64,000 nt of DNA from the IMG/VR virus record IMGVR_UViG_3300027360_000001, one strand, 5' to 3'. Position numbers and translations under genes: made by a program. Below are positions 19,687-29,004 of the stretch, one piece after another. The DNA comes from an uncultured virus (IMG/VR IMGVR_UViG_3300027360_000001). Taxonomy: Duplodnaviria > Heunggongvirae > Uroviricota > Caudoviricetes. The notes beneath the pieces are model-generated. The model made no database searches. It was not told the DNA's origin and saw nothing but the letters and a program-made list of their open reading frames with translations. How positions within the stretch are numbered: position 1 is the first letter of the stretch; each line of letters starts with the position of its first letter.

Positions 19687-20190
19687 CTAAATCCAATCCG
19701 ATAAGTCTTCGCCTGAGTCATCCGTTGTGGTAACGACTGGCTCCTCGACTTGCTTTTTCGCCTTCTCGTAGTGCTTACGTTTACGTTCCTTACCGCCTTT
19801 TACGCGAGTCTCATGCTTTGCCTTACGCTGCTCATTCCGTTCCTTAGCTTGTGGGTACGTAGCATAGAATTCCTCTTCGTCCGTTATCGGAGCGAATACG
19901 TAGTAAACGTTGTTCCCGAACTCCTCATTCGTTCCTGTCTCGATTAGGGCGTATTTCTTTAACGTTTCCTTTATCGCTGTCACAGTCGATTCTGATACGT
20001 TTAGAGCCTCCATTAAGTCCCACGTTGAGGGAAACGCATAGCCATAATTAACGTTGTAGTTCTTCATCAATACGATGTAGGCAAGCGCATCATCTGCGTG
20101 AAAGTCTTCGAGTTTGGTATACAACGTAAATAAAGCGTAATGTACTTGTACGAAGTCTCTTTCGGGTTCAAACGGTTTTTTGTTAGTCAT
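19687..20190 (-). CDS. Winged-HTH protein, replication-initiator-like
   Basis: YAFPSTWDLMEALNVSESTV (HTH_36-like); adjacent to the iteron-like repeats. Confidence 0.6.
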   Translation of the reverse strand: MTNKKPFEPERDFVQVHYALFTLYTKLEDFHADDALAYIVLMKNYNVNYGYAFPSTWDLMEALNVSESTVTAIKETLKKYALIETGTNEEFGNNVYYVFAPITDEEEFYATYPQAKERNEQRKAKHETRVKGGKERKRKHYEKAKKQVEEPVVTTTDDSGEDLSDWI

Positions 20191-20242
20191 GCACGATCTC
20201 TCCTTCGATTTATAAGTCGTTAATTTAACAAAAACGAAAGCC

Positions 20243-20422
20243 CTAGCGATTGCCAGGGCGTTCTTTACTATACATAGCGAGTAACTCGTTTAATTTATCG
20301 GTCCGTGCGTATTGCCAAAACTTGCGAAGTGTATTTTCGTTGAGGCCAGCGCAAATGTATCGCTCACCATGCGTTCGTAAAAAGTCGTGTAGATTCGTTG
20401 AATAGCAGTAGTAAAATTCCAT
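20243..20422 (-). CDS. Hypothetical protein (DUF5659-like)
   Basis: MEFYYCYSTNLHDFL...; GGAGG RBS. Confidence 0.55.
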   Translation of the reverse strand: MEFYYCYSTNLHDFLRTHGERYICAGLNENTLRKFWQYARTDKLNELLAMYSKERPGNR

Positions 20423-20448
20423 ATCGATCATCCTCCGTTTACTTATCG

Positions 20449-20670
20449 TCATATTTCACCGCCATAGACTAGCGCCAGTAACTTCGATCGTATTGTTTTC
20501 TTCGATATTGCAACACGATGGCTATGAAACCACTCGCTTATCTTCTCCGCTGCTTCATCGACATTAACATATAGATCCACGCTGTCCATCGCTTGTAGCT
20601 CCCGCAAATCGTACCCGTAGTGATTAAGTTGTATGTGGTACGTTTCTGCCTCCGCTTTACTTATCCGCAA
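20449..20670 (-). CDS. Hypothetical protein
   Basis: GGAGGT RBS, TTG start. Confidence 0.5.
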   Translation of the reverse strand: MRISKAEAETYHIQLNHYGYDLRELQAMDSVDLYVNVDEAAEKISEWFHSHRVAISKKTIRSKLLALVYGGEI

Positions 20671-20810
20671 TTTGACCTACCTCCGTTTATTTAACGCAAA
20701 ATAAAAAGACGCCTTCTGGCGCCTGTATACGTTATGCTATAAGGAATATTAAAGGCCAACTCAAATCGGTATTTCTCAACTATCCTGATACAATATTTTC
20801 ATAATTATGC

Positions 20811-21473
20811 TTAATTTCGCAATCTTTCTAATAGATTCTTTATTTTTCTTCTTATCCCTCGGATTTCCTCGTCAATTTCTTCAAGCCTTTCATTCAATTG
20901 CTGTTTCTCATCTTCATACTCTTGCCTCCATTCAAGGTAATCTTCGTCATCGTGTTTAAACTGTATATCATCCTCATGGCCTTTAGCGAGGCCTCCCGTA
21001 AAGTTGTTGTTATATATCTTATATTCGGGCTCTGCGTAATGCACCTCGAGCGCATCTAGTTCCTCTAATATATCGTGACGTAACGTTTTCAGCGTTCGCA
21101 ACTCATACTTTAAGTCCTCGATTAGCTCGACTTGGCAACGTAGCTTCCCTCGTGCTTTGAACGACTTAGCCTTGTTATAAATACCTCCGAGCGCACTTAT
21201 CGCGTACGTCTCGTATATCTCCCTTTCGTAAGGATCTGCGGCAAAGTATATCGTTACATAATCGATGGCATCACGGTAGGCGCTCGGAATATTGAAGTGA
21301 TTCGATAGGCGGCTTATTAAATTCTTCGACTGCCCAACGTATAAGCAACGGTTATCCTTATCGTATAACGAATAAACACCTCCACATTTAACCGAAAGTA
21401 GCTCGCGATAGTCGCCAAACTCCGCTTTCTTAAACGTTATCTTATCGTCCGGTAACGTTACTTGTATCGCCAC
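20811..21473 (-). CDS. GIY-YIG nuclease with acidic coiled-coil tail
   Basis: GGVYSLY...LYVGQSKNLISRLSNH...E...YN. Confidence 0.8.
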   Translation of the reverse strand: MAIQVTLPDDKITFKKAEFGDYRELLSVKCGGVYSLYDKDNRCLYVGQSKNLISRLSNHFNIPSAYRDAIDYVTIYFAADPYEREIYETYAISALGGIYNKAKSFKARGKLRCQVELIEDLKYELRTLKTLRHDILEELDALEVHYAEPEYKIYNNNFTGGLAKGHEDDIQFKHDDEDYLEWRQEYEDEKQQLNERLEEIDEEIRGIRRKIKNLLERLRN

Positions 21474-21981
21474 CTACACCAACTCCCTCGTATAGATTGT
21501 ACGTTTTAATAGGCTGCGTCTTCGTAAACTCCCGATACTTCTCGCGCCTCTCCTTATTTCGCGACCTAACGTTTTCATCCATGTACATGTTTTCATTGTC
21601 GGAGCGCTCCCTGCGCTTGTTATCCCCGTATAACCTTCCGTCGCTTCCGTACGTCGCCGTTGCATCCATCGATACCTCTTTTATACCCGATTCGTAGCGT
21701 CGCTGGTGAACACCGTTTTGCCTTCTCGCGAGCTGTAATTCGCTCAGAAACGGGTACTCGATCTGCCTCGTCTTCCACGATGTCGGGTCGAACAGCTCCT
21801 CGTACAGACACAAGTCAGCTAATCGCTCGACCGCCTTCGCATCATTCTTCCCACCCGGACTCAATACGTGCTCCTCCGCTAGTCTTTCGATAGCCTCCAT
21901 ACGCTGTTGCCTGTCGCTCATCTCCTCGTCGCCAGCACGTATGAGGCGTTGTATTTCGGTAATCTTTTCGTGTATCGTCAT
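21442..21981 (-). CDS. Hypothetical phage protein
   Basis: GGAGGAG RBS; downstream of a phage-type promoter motif. Confidence 0.55.
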   Translation of the reverse strand: MTIHEKITEIQRLIRAGDEEMSDRQQRMEAIERLAEEHVLSPGGKNDAKAVERLADLCLYEELFDPTSWKTRQIEYPFLSELQLARRQNGVHQRRYESGIKEVSMDATATYGSDGRLYGDNKRRERSDNENMYMDENVRSRNKERREKYREFTKTQPIKTYNLYEGVGVGGDTSNVTGR

Positions 21982-22028
21982 CCTCGCTCCTCCTCCGCTG
22001 TATGTCGGCGCACAACGCGCCCTCTACT

Positions 22029-22061
22029 TATACATCGTAAGCTGGGCGCGGTTTTTGGCAC
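22029..22061 (-). promoter_or_regulatory. Phage-specific promoter motif (one of six copies)
   Basis: Minus-strand consensus NTGTCAAAAA-N14-CGATGTATA; other copies at 25885-25917, 30755-30787, 41906-41938, 48008-48040 and 53369-53401. Confidence 0.75.
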
Positions 22062-22544
22062 TTTGGACGTAAAAAAGAGCGTTAGCATAAGCGCCAACAC
22101 TCGCGTACTACTATTCCGTATCCACCTCGCCACTACCTCCGCATGTGCCACACGTCGGCTCCTCGTATGTCCCGTTGTCTAGCGTCCGCACTGTCGTACC
22201 GTACCCGTCACATGTCGTGCAGGATTGCGTTGTCATGTCGATCGCCCCTTTCGCTACTCTCGTTATAGCATATGCGATAAGGGCTCACGTATTGCCTGGG
22301 CGAAGTAAATGAACGCAAAAAAGACGCGCCACACGCTATGGCACGCCGAGAATCTTATACGTAACGTAATAGTAGGCGATGATTGCTACGATGAGCATGA
22401 CGCCCGCCCACGGGAATCGAGGCGAATTCATACGCGACCTCCTTTCGATCACTTAGCCTCTTTAGTTTCCGCAATTAGTCGTGTTATTTCGTATACCAAA
22501 TTCTGCATGCTTGTGCCTCCTTTCGTTACAAAATGCGGGTTCTG

Positions 22545-22841
22545 TTAAAAAGTTAATTCTGATGGTTTCAGCTTCTCCCAAACATCATTTAATGCTTCCA
22601 GAAGCAAATGCTCTGGAACAACTTCTAAGATTTTAGCTTTTTGCGCTTCTCGTCTACCGTCCCAATTTAAAGCTCTCCAACCATAATCATTAGTTAATGA
22701 TGCTCCTAAGTACACAGGCTTTCTTTTTCCTTTGGCAATAAACCCAACATCCTCAACCTTTAATCCACTACCCATGAACAATATCCTTATGTCGTATTTA
22801 TTTCCATCTGCATCTTTTTTAAGGATGTTCCAAGATTTCAT
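22545..22841 (-). CDS. Hypothetical protein (AT-rich cassette)
   Basis: RBS present; bounded by the cassette motif. Confidence 0.6.
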   Translation of the reverse strand: MKSWNILKKDADGNKYDIRILFMGSGLKVEDVGFIAKGKRKPVYLGASLTNDYGWRALNWDGRREAQKAKILEVVPEHLLLEALNDVWEKLKPSELTF

Positions 22842-22866
22842 GCAAACACCTCACTTTACGAATGAA

Positions 22867-23046
22867 TTAAAATCCGTATTTTTTCTTTTGGTACTCCTCC
22901 AACGCCTTAATCGCTTCATTGATCTCTTTCGTTTGTTTCTCATAGCATTTGTATCTCGCTGATGTTGCAGGGCAATTCTCCATTCCTTCTTCCAGTTCGT
23001 TTCGCTCAACCTTTAATGTACTAATTGCGTATGAAACACCTGACAT
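22867..23046 (-). CDS. Hypothetical protein, 59 aa (AT-rich cassette)
   Basis: GAGGTG RBS; MSGVSYAISTLKVERNEL... Confidence 0.5.
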   Translation of the reverse strand: MSGVSYAISTLKVERNELEEGMENCPATSARYKCYEKQTKEINEAIKALEEYQKKKYGF

Positions 23047-23085
23047 TTATCATCACCTCATTTTTAACTGAATTCGGATTTGGTT

Positions 23086-23202
23086 TTATTTTTCTTCATA
23101 ATCCTCTGCATCTGCCTCTTCTAATCCACATTCTTTACAAAATGAATTTCCACAGCAAGGGCATTGTATAAACCAACCATTACACACAGGACACTTATCC
23201 AT
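23086..23202 (-). CDS. Small Cys-rich protein, 38 aa (AT-rich cassette)
   Basis: GGAGG RBS; MDKCPVCNGWFIQCPCCGNSFCKECG. Confidence 0.5.
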   Translation of the reverse strand: MDKCPVCNGWFIQCPCCGNSFCKECGLEEADAEDYEEK

Positions 23203-23235
23203 ACTTTAAACCTCCTACAGATTCGGATATTGGTC

Positions 23236-23430
23236 TTACTTCTCCCAAAGATAATCTAAAAACCCCATATAATCATTCAAGAATCTATCATTCATACCAT
23301 CTAATTCTTTTGGTATTAAGCCGAATTCCTCTTCACTTTCTTTGATGTATTCTCTATATGTTTGAGTATTTTGAGAATCTGGTTCAATATCACAAATACG
23401 CGTATCTAAATCTTCTTTAGTTATCAGCAT
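23236..23430 (-). CDS. Hypothetical protein (AT-rich cassette)
   Basis: ORF track; RBS; bounded by the cassette motif. Confidence 0.55.
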   Translation of the reverse strand: MLITKEDLDTRICDIEPDSQNTQTYREYIKESEEEFGLIPKELDGMNDRFLNDYMGFLDYLWEK

Positions 23431-23465
23431 TAAATCCCTCTTTCCTACAAAATCAAGTTTCTATC

Positions 23466-23852
23466 TTACTCTCCGATCGTCACCGTATAGCCCTCGCCTC
23501 GACGCGCCCACGCTTCATAAATACGGGCCACCTTCGTATGCACAGCGCCCAGCAATCGACTCACTCGATACTGCGCCACGCCCATCGATGCGCCTGCGTC
23601 CACTTGCGTCATATCCTCGATGTAGACTAGGCGGAGTGCAGCTCGTTCCATGTCGCTGAGGCCTGCGCGTTCGATTGCCGTTTCGAGGTCGGTCATAATA
23701 ATTACCGCATCGTAATCGCCTGCGTATTTACGGGATTCGATCGCGTGGTAGTCCGCTAGGAGTAGCGAAATTCCCAGCGGGTTATCTAACGCGATGTACT
23801 GCGCTTCTAGGCGTCGTTCTCCTTCGTGTAGGTCGCGTTTCACAGAGCCCAT
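23466..23852 (-). CDS. Sigma-70 region 4-like HTH regulator
   Basis: LSDMERAALRLVYIEDMTQVDAGASMGVAQYRVSR; start adjusted to ATG 23852. Confidence 0.7.
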   Translation of the reverse strand: MGSVKRDLHEGERRLEAQYIALDNPLGISLLLADYHAIESRKYAGDYDAVIIMTDLETAIERAGLSDMERAALRLVYIEDMTQVDAGASMGVAQYRVSRLLGAVHTKVARIYEAWARRGEGYTVTIGE

Positions 23853-24484
23853 TAGTCGGTCGCCTCCGTTCGGTCCAGACGTTTTTCTGCGGGAATGACG
23901 AGGTGTAACTTTTCCGCGAGAACCCATACGCCATTCGCTTCGAATCGTGCGCCGATTCTAACAAGACCGACCGCTCCGTCTGATTCGATTACAACGTTAT
24001 GAGTCGCGCCGAACCCGTCTTCCTCTGCGCGAGTAACGATATCGCCTCGCTTATACTCGTTAACCTTCCGCCCGAGCTTCGCCCACCATCTACGTTGCTT
24101 CTCCGCTACGATTTCTTCTGGCGTGGCAAGTCGGACACTGTGCGGAGTGAAACAGATATCGATAGTAGGCGCATTGTATAGACTATCTAACGTTAAAGAA
24201 AAGCCCTCTCCGTGAATCCAATCGATTTTTCCGACGTATTCTTTGTATATAAATGTGCCCACGACCCAATCACCGACTTTGAACGCAGGCTCCTCGATGA
24301 GGTCGTAGCGGTAGCCCCTCACGTCACACTCGACTGGGTTGTTAGAGTTGGCGTATTTTAAACGATCGGCAATGATAACAAGCGTTACGGCATCATTTTC
24401 AAATTTATCCCCGTCTTTATACACGCCTTGCTCCATCCCTACGAGAATCTCGCCTCTCGTTAACCCCTTCGTTTTCCGTTCCAT
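23852..24484 (-). CDS. Hypothetical phage protein
   Basis: ORF track; FKVGDWV and RLATPEEI motifs common in Bacillus phage proteins. Confidence 0.55.
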   Translation of the reverse strand: MERKTKGLTRGEILVGMEQGVYKDGDKFENDAVTLVIIADRLKYANSNNPVECDVRGYRYDLIEEPAFKVGDWVVGTFIYKEYVGKIDWIHGEGFSLTLDSLYNAPTIDICFTPHSVRLATPEEIVAEKQRRWWAKLGRKVNEYKRGDIVTRAEEDGFGATHNVVIESDGAVGLVRIGARFEANGVWVLAEKLHLVIPAEKRLDRTEATD

Positions 24485-24485
24485 A

Positions 24486-24716
24486 TTATCGCTCTCCCTT
24501 CGCCTCGTGGCGGTTATTAGCCCTCTTTTCCTCCCGCAACATAGCCCACTGGCACCAGTAGTCTCGTTCCTTGCGTACTACCTCCGTGTGCTCCACGCCG
24601 TAGTCGTACAACGCGCATGAGATGTCATGACGTAGTGACTCCGGAATTTGTACGCCCAGCTTCGTGTTAATCAGATATTCCAGGTGATTCGTGTACGCTC
24701 CGATTGATGCGATCAT
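24486..24716 (-). CDS. Hypothetical protein
   Basis: RBS; operon context. Confidence 0.5.
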   Translation of the reverse strand: MIASIGAYTNHLEYLINTKLGVQIPESLRHDISCALYDYGVEHTEVVRKERDYWCQWAMLREEKRANNRHEAKGER

Positions 24717-25252
24717 ACTAGCGCTCCCCTTTCGTTATACCATATCGTATATGCTAGCGCACAAAAAGACGCCCGCTCAGTAATTCCAAACGATTGCAAT
24801 AGCGGCGAGCCATCCGATAATGAACGCTGCGTCCTCTATCGCGTCTTGATACTTCGTCTGCTTCCATTCGCAGATTGCGTGTGCTATTTCGCTGCAGGCG
24901 AGCGGCATTAGCGTGATAAATGCGATTGCTCCCATAAAACTCATCGCGTTTCCTCCTTCCGACAGGCGCATTCGCTGTCTGATACGTGTATATATCGCCC
25001 ACAGTTCGGGCACGGTTCGAAGCAGTTGGCGTTGCCTTTTCGTTCAACCACAGCGTTCAGCTCCTTCGATAACTTGTCGTAGTAACTCAGCGACGAATTC
25101 ATCCGACATAGATTCGGAGTCGTACGTTAGCTTCCCGTCGTTGTCTATGAACAAATCGAACTGTCCGAATCCTTCACGGCAAGCCCATTCGATGCGCATG
25201 CCGCCTTTATTGCGGTCCCACGGTCCCCAAAACGATACGTGTGTCGCAATTT

Positions 25253-25564
25253 TCATTCGATGCTCCACTCCTCTCCCACTTCGATTTTCATATCGCCGAA
25301 ATCCGTTACGAAATGGTATTGCATGGCGACGTCTGTACGAGAGGGAATCGTGTTTCCTGTGCGTACTCGCCACTTATCTACGCTATCGAGGTGCTTTCGA
25401 ATCTCTACGAATATATCGTGCGGGACAAATACGACTGTCGGCGATGTAGCGTTAGCGGTATAATAAGCGAGCGCCATGTCGTTAATGTGGGCGTTAATCT
25501 TTTCAATCGAGGCTGACGTTGGATAAGCGTAAAATGCCTCTATTTTATCGAAGACATCGCTCAT
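25253..25564 (-). CDS. Hypothetical protein
   Basis: Translationally coupled to the upstream gene. Confidence 0.5.
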   Translation of the reverse strand: MSDVFDKIEAFYAYPTSASIEKINAHINDMALAYYTANATSPTVVFVPHDIFVEIRKHLDSVDKWRVRTGNTIPSRTDVAMQYHFVTDFGDMKIEVGEEWSIE

Positions 25565-25830
25565 TCGCCATCTCGCCAGTACTCGTGTACTTCGTAATCA
25601 AGCGTGGTCGTCTGCTGGCGGCACGATGCCATTACTGCGAGGATCAAAGCGTAGAGGCGCTCGTCGTTGCCGTCGATCCAGTTGCGTACGTTGTCATCGC
25701 TCATGCTTACGATTTCTTCGAGCACGCGATACGGGCGGGGCACCTCCCCTGCGTTTGTTAAATCGGATTTGATATCATCTATGGATGCGTTTACGTGCTG
25801 TGGAATGTTATACGTTTTCAGTATCGTCAT
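25561..25830 (-). CDS. Hypothetical protein
   Basis: AAGGAG RBS; downstream of the phage promoter at 25885-25917. Confidence 0.55.
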   Translation of the reverse strand: MTILKTYNIPQHVNASIDDIKSDLTNAGEVPRPYRVLEEIVSMSDDNVRNWIDGNDERLYALILAVMASCRQQTTTLDYEVHEYWRDGE

Positions 25831-26127
25831 AGTATCAACTCGCTCCTTTCGGTTGCTTTATCGAGGCGTCGTGCGCCTTCTAACTATACATCGAAGGCTG
25901 AACGGCGTTTTTGACACGTATGCGGTAAAAAATTTCAGGCGAAAATAAAAAAGAACGCATCGATTGATACGTCCCGTTTCGAGATGATATTAATATTTAG
26001 TCAACACGGCGGAGCCGCACCGTCTTTCTTTGTCGCTATATCGCTGTCCTCGGCGTCGTCAGGTCCGAGAGCAGTACCGTAAGTACCCCGCTATACTACG
26101 TACGTATGTACACAGATCGGGTCGAGA

Positions 26128-26340
26128 TTAACCTTCGAAGCCCATTGCGTCAAGCAGCGCGTGCATCTTCGTCTTCGTGTTCGTGGATAACCATTCGCGA
26201 AAGATATCGGAAGTGTGAACGTCGGCGGAGAACAGTAGGGCGATGATTTCGAAAGCGTCGTCCTCCATGCTTTTGATATCCGCCAATTCTACGAGGATCT
26301 CCTTTGGTACAACAACCTCATTATAAGCCTTCTGTTCCAT
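26128..26340 (-). CDS. Hypothetical protein
   Basis: RBS; ORF track. Confidence 0.5.
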   Translation of the reverse strand: MEQKAYNEVVVPKEILVELADIKSMEDDAFEIIALLFSADVHTSDIFREWLSTNTKTKMHALLDAMGFEG

Positions 26341-26477
26341 GAAACATTACCCCTCTCGTCGTTTTTCTCAGCGCATTTCTCCCTTCCTGTTGACATTTTA
26401 ATATCACCTCGATATCATTATACTACATAGTATCAAGGGTGTACACCTAAATATTACAAAAAAAGGAGGCAGATATT

Positions 26478-26723
26478 ATGCCGCACAGAAGAGAGAAAGT
26501 ATCATTTCCATTGTACCTCGATAAACAAACGCTACAATTGATTGAAAATTACCAACATAAGCACTATTTACGCCTTACTTCCCGCAATGCAGCTTTAGTG
26601 GAATTAATAATGAGAGGGCTTACGGAAGCGATGATTACCGATAACAATAGGTTTGACAAATTAATGAACTTATACGAGGAAAAAGAAAACGAGGTAGAAA
26701 CAAAAGAAAAAGACGACGAATAG
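26478..26723 (+). CDS. Ribbon-helix-helix-like DNA-binding protein
   Basis: VSFPLYLDKQTLQLIENY...SRNAALVELIMRGL; AAGGAGG RBS; TTGACA upstream. Confidence 0.6.
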   Translation: MPHRREKVSFPLYLDKQTLQLIENYQHKHYLRLTSRNAALVELIMRGLTEAMITDNNRFDKLMNLYEEKENEVETKEKDDE

Positions 26724-26949
26724 ATCGCCGCCTCAGTCTTCAAACATATCGTCGATAAACGATCGCAGATTCTTTGTATCTTTTTTCAACCAGTCTTTCG
26801 TCAATGAATGCCGGTCATTCTCGTCTATTTCTCGAAAAGCATCTACCGGATTTGTATACCCATTTTCGCGAAGTTCTTCCGCTGAGCCTTGCACGCCTTT
26901 AGGCGGTCTCTTTCCGAACATAGTATCCGCTCCTTATTATAACATATAT

Positions 26950-27348
26950 TTAAAATGCATGTATTAATTTTGTTAATCCAGTTATTACCATACCGACTGT
27001 TACGATAAGTACCTCGGCTCCTCCCGTTACTGGGAATAGTTTCGGGTCTGGCATCGCGTCCGCTTTCGGAACGCTAATCGGTTCCCCGTTTATTTTAACG
27101 ATAGGCGTTGCAGTATGTTGTAAGCGCTGCACATCCGCTTGAAGCTGCGTCACTTGCTCCGACTGTAGCCGATACGCCTCCGATAAGTCGGTTAGGTTTC
27201 GTTGCATGTCGGTCGTCTTGCGAATAAGAAAATCAATTTCGAGGTGCATCTGCCACGCCATCCATGCGAGTAAGGCTAGCGCGGCCAGCAACGCAAGTAC
27301 CAGGCGAGTGTGACGGGACGGCTTGCGACGCTTGTGCTCCCGCTTCAT
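26950..27348 (-). CDS. Membrane protein with coiled coil
   Basis: N-terminal basic stretch and transmembrane helix; C-terminal hydrophobic segment. Confidence 0.55.
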   Translation of the reverse strand: MKREHKRRKPSRHTRLVLALLAALALLAWMAWQMHLEIDFLIRKTTDMQRNLTDLSEAYRLQSEQVTQLQADVQRLQHTATPIVKINGEPISVPKADAMPDPKLFPVTGGAEVLIVTVGMVITGLTKLIHAF

Positions 27349-27725
27349 TTCGCCACCGCCTCGCTTTGAAATGTAAACTCTCGACCGCCCTTTACGTGTT
27401 TCTTCATCGAGCTGTAGAGGGCGAAACTAGGACGGTCGTTTGTCGCAATGGCCATATCGATAAGCACGTCGAGCTCGCGCTCGTTGACAGTACGTTCGTC
27501 TTCCGCTGGAATCAGTTCGGACAATAGCTCTTGCTCCTCTTCGCCGTACTCCGGAATAAATACACGAGCGAGTTGCGCACGCTCTCCGGAATCGCCAGTG
27601 CCGAGAAGTATTTGCGTAACGTATCCGACTTTATAAATAGCGCCACCGTCTATATCCCAATCGACAGGGACCTTCGCCCATTCCCCTATTTTAACAGCGT
27701 TCTCCATGTCGCGGTTCCTCCTCAC
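27345..27725 (-). CDS. IDEAL-domain-like protein
   Basis: LIDMAIATNDRPSF resembles the IDEAL motif. Confidence 0.5.
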   Translation of the reverse strand: MRRNRDMENAVKIGEWAKVPVDWDIDGGAIYKVGYVTQILLGTGDSGERAQLARVFIPEYGEEEQELLSELIPAEDERTVNERELDVLIDMAIATNDRPSFALYSSMKKHVKGGREFTFQSEAVAK

Positions 27726-27824
27726 GATCGAATTGTCGAAAACTTTTCTTAAATTTATATTGCATATCGTTTATGCTGTAACGTATAATAGACACATAAG
27801 TAAACGAGTAAACGACAAAGGGAG

Positions 27825-28070
27825 TTGTTTGAAATGACAGTTGCAAACCGTAAATATGACGAGCTTAAAACGAAGGTACGCCCAAGATTAAACAAAATAC
27901 TCGCTTCAAAACGAATGGTGCAACGTGATCTCGAAAAACGTAGCGGCGTGACACAGGCATCGATTAGTCGTTTCGATAAATCTAGCCGTTTCGAAATCGC
28001 CCACCTTATCGCAATCAAAGAAGCCTTAGGCTTGAACAGCATCGACGAGTTGTTCGAAATCGAGGCGTAA
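27825..28070 (+). CDS. XRE-family HTH transcriptional regulator (candidate repressor)
   Basis: MVQRDLEKRSGVTQASISRF; divergent orientation with a sigmaA-like promoter upstream. Confidence 0.8.
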   Translation: MFEMTVANRKYDELKTKVRPRLNKILASKRMVQRDLEKRSGVTQASISRFDKSSRFEIAHLIAIKEALGLNSIDELFEIEA

Positions 28071-28192
28071 CATGCTGCGCCGGTATAATAGAGTAACCAC
28101 CTACCCGTGAGACAATCGGTTATATGCCGAGGAAACCTCACGGGTTTTTATATGTCGGGATTACAGGCACGACACCGGCAAAGATGATACTG

Positions 28193-28768
28193 TCAGCGAA
28201 AGTCTGGACTCGGGTCGATTCGTTGCTTCTCGATGCCCAGCGCCTCCATTACGTCGTCTAATTGTGAGTACAGATGTGCGATATCCCAATCGTTGTACAG
28301 TTCATAGTCAACGTCGAACGTATCGAAGTGCAGCTCGGTCGGCTTCGTTAGATTCTCCTCGCTGATTACATCCGTCTTCATGGCCCGTGAGAGGCGTGCG
28401 CCTGGGTCAGCGTTTATACGGACGATCGTAAACCCGTTGGCAACGCACCAATCGTATTCGTTAGGCTGGCGTAGGTCGTCAATTACGATGTGCCTACCGA
28501 AATACATATCGACGAATCGAGCGTTAACCCTCGCATCCACTCGCTTTACCCACACATCAGGATCACGCTCTCGTAGCGTCTGTCCCCACCAAACGTAGTC
28601 CGAGACGGGCTTCGGATTCGGAGGGACGTCAGGGAACATTTCGTGGAACGTGCGCTTGAGATCGGCGCCGAACGATTCCCTTTCGAAATTGTAGTACGTT
28701 GATAGGTACGAGGATGCCTCGGACTTTCCCGCCCGAAGCCCTCCACAAATGGCCACCCGTTTCCTCAT
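28193..28768 (-). CDS. Deoxynucleoside monophosphate kinase
   Basis: P-loop GGLRAGKS; FGADLK, DPDVWV, IDDLRQPNE motifs. Confidence 0.75.
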   Translation of the reverse strand: MRKRVAICGGLRAGKSEASSYLSTYYNFERESFGADLKRTFHEMFPDVPPNPKPVSDYVWWGQTLRERDPDVWVKRVDARVNARFVDMYFGRHIVIDDLRQPNEYDWCVANGFTIVRINADPGARLSRAMKTDVISEENLTKPTELHFDTFDVDYELYNDWDIAHLYSQLDDVMEALGIEKQRIDPSPDFR

Positions 28769-29004
28769 TCGCTCCCCTCCATCGCTTCTATTTTCGCTCG
28801 CAGCGCCTCGACTTCGACCGCTAGCGTACGCACAGCGTCGTGTACGCTCGTTTTCTGTCCGCCAGGTAGTTCGTACTCACCGTCGGTTACAAAGCGTATC
28901 TGACGTCCAGCACGCGCCTTAATGAGTCCGGAGTGGTAAACATCCTCAACGGTGTGGTCGACGCCGCCGATGCGAATTGTGCTGCCGGTTGTAACGTTGG
29001 TCAT
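28765..29004 (-). CDS. Hypothetical protein
   Basis: Coupled ORF with RBS. Confidence 0.5.
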   Translation of the reverse strand: MTNVTTGSTIRIGGVDHTVEDVYHSGLIKARAGRQIRFVTDGEYELPGGQKTSVHDAVRTLAVEVEALRAKIEAMEGSE

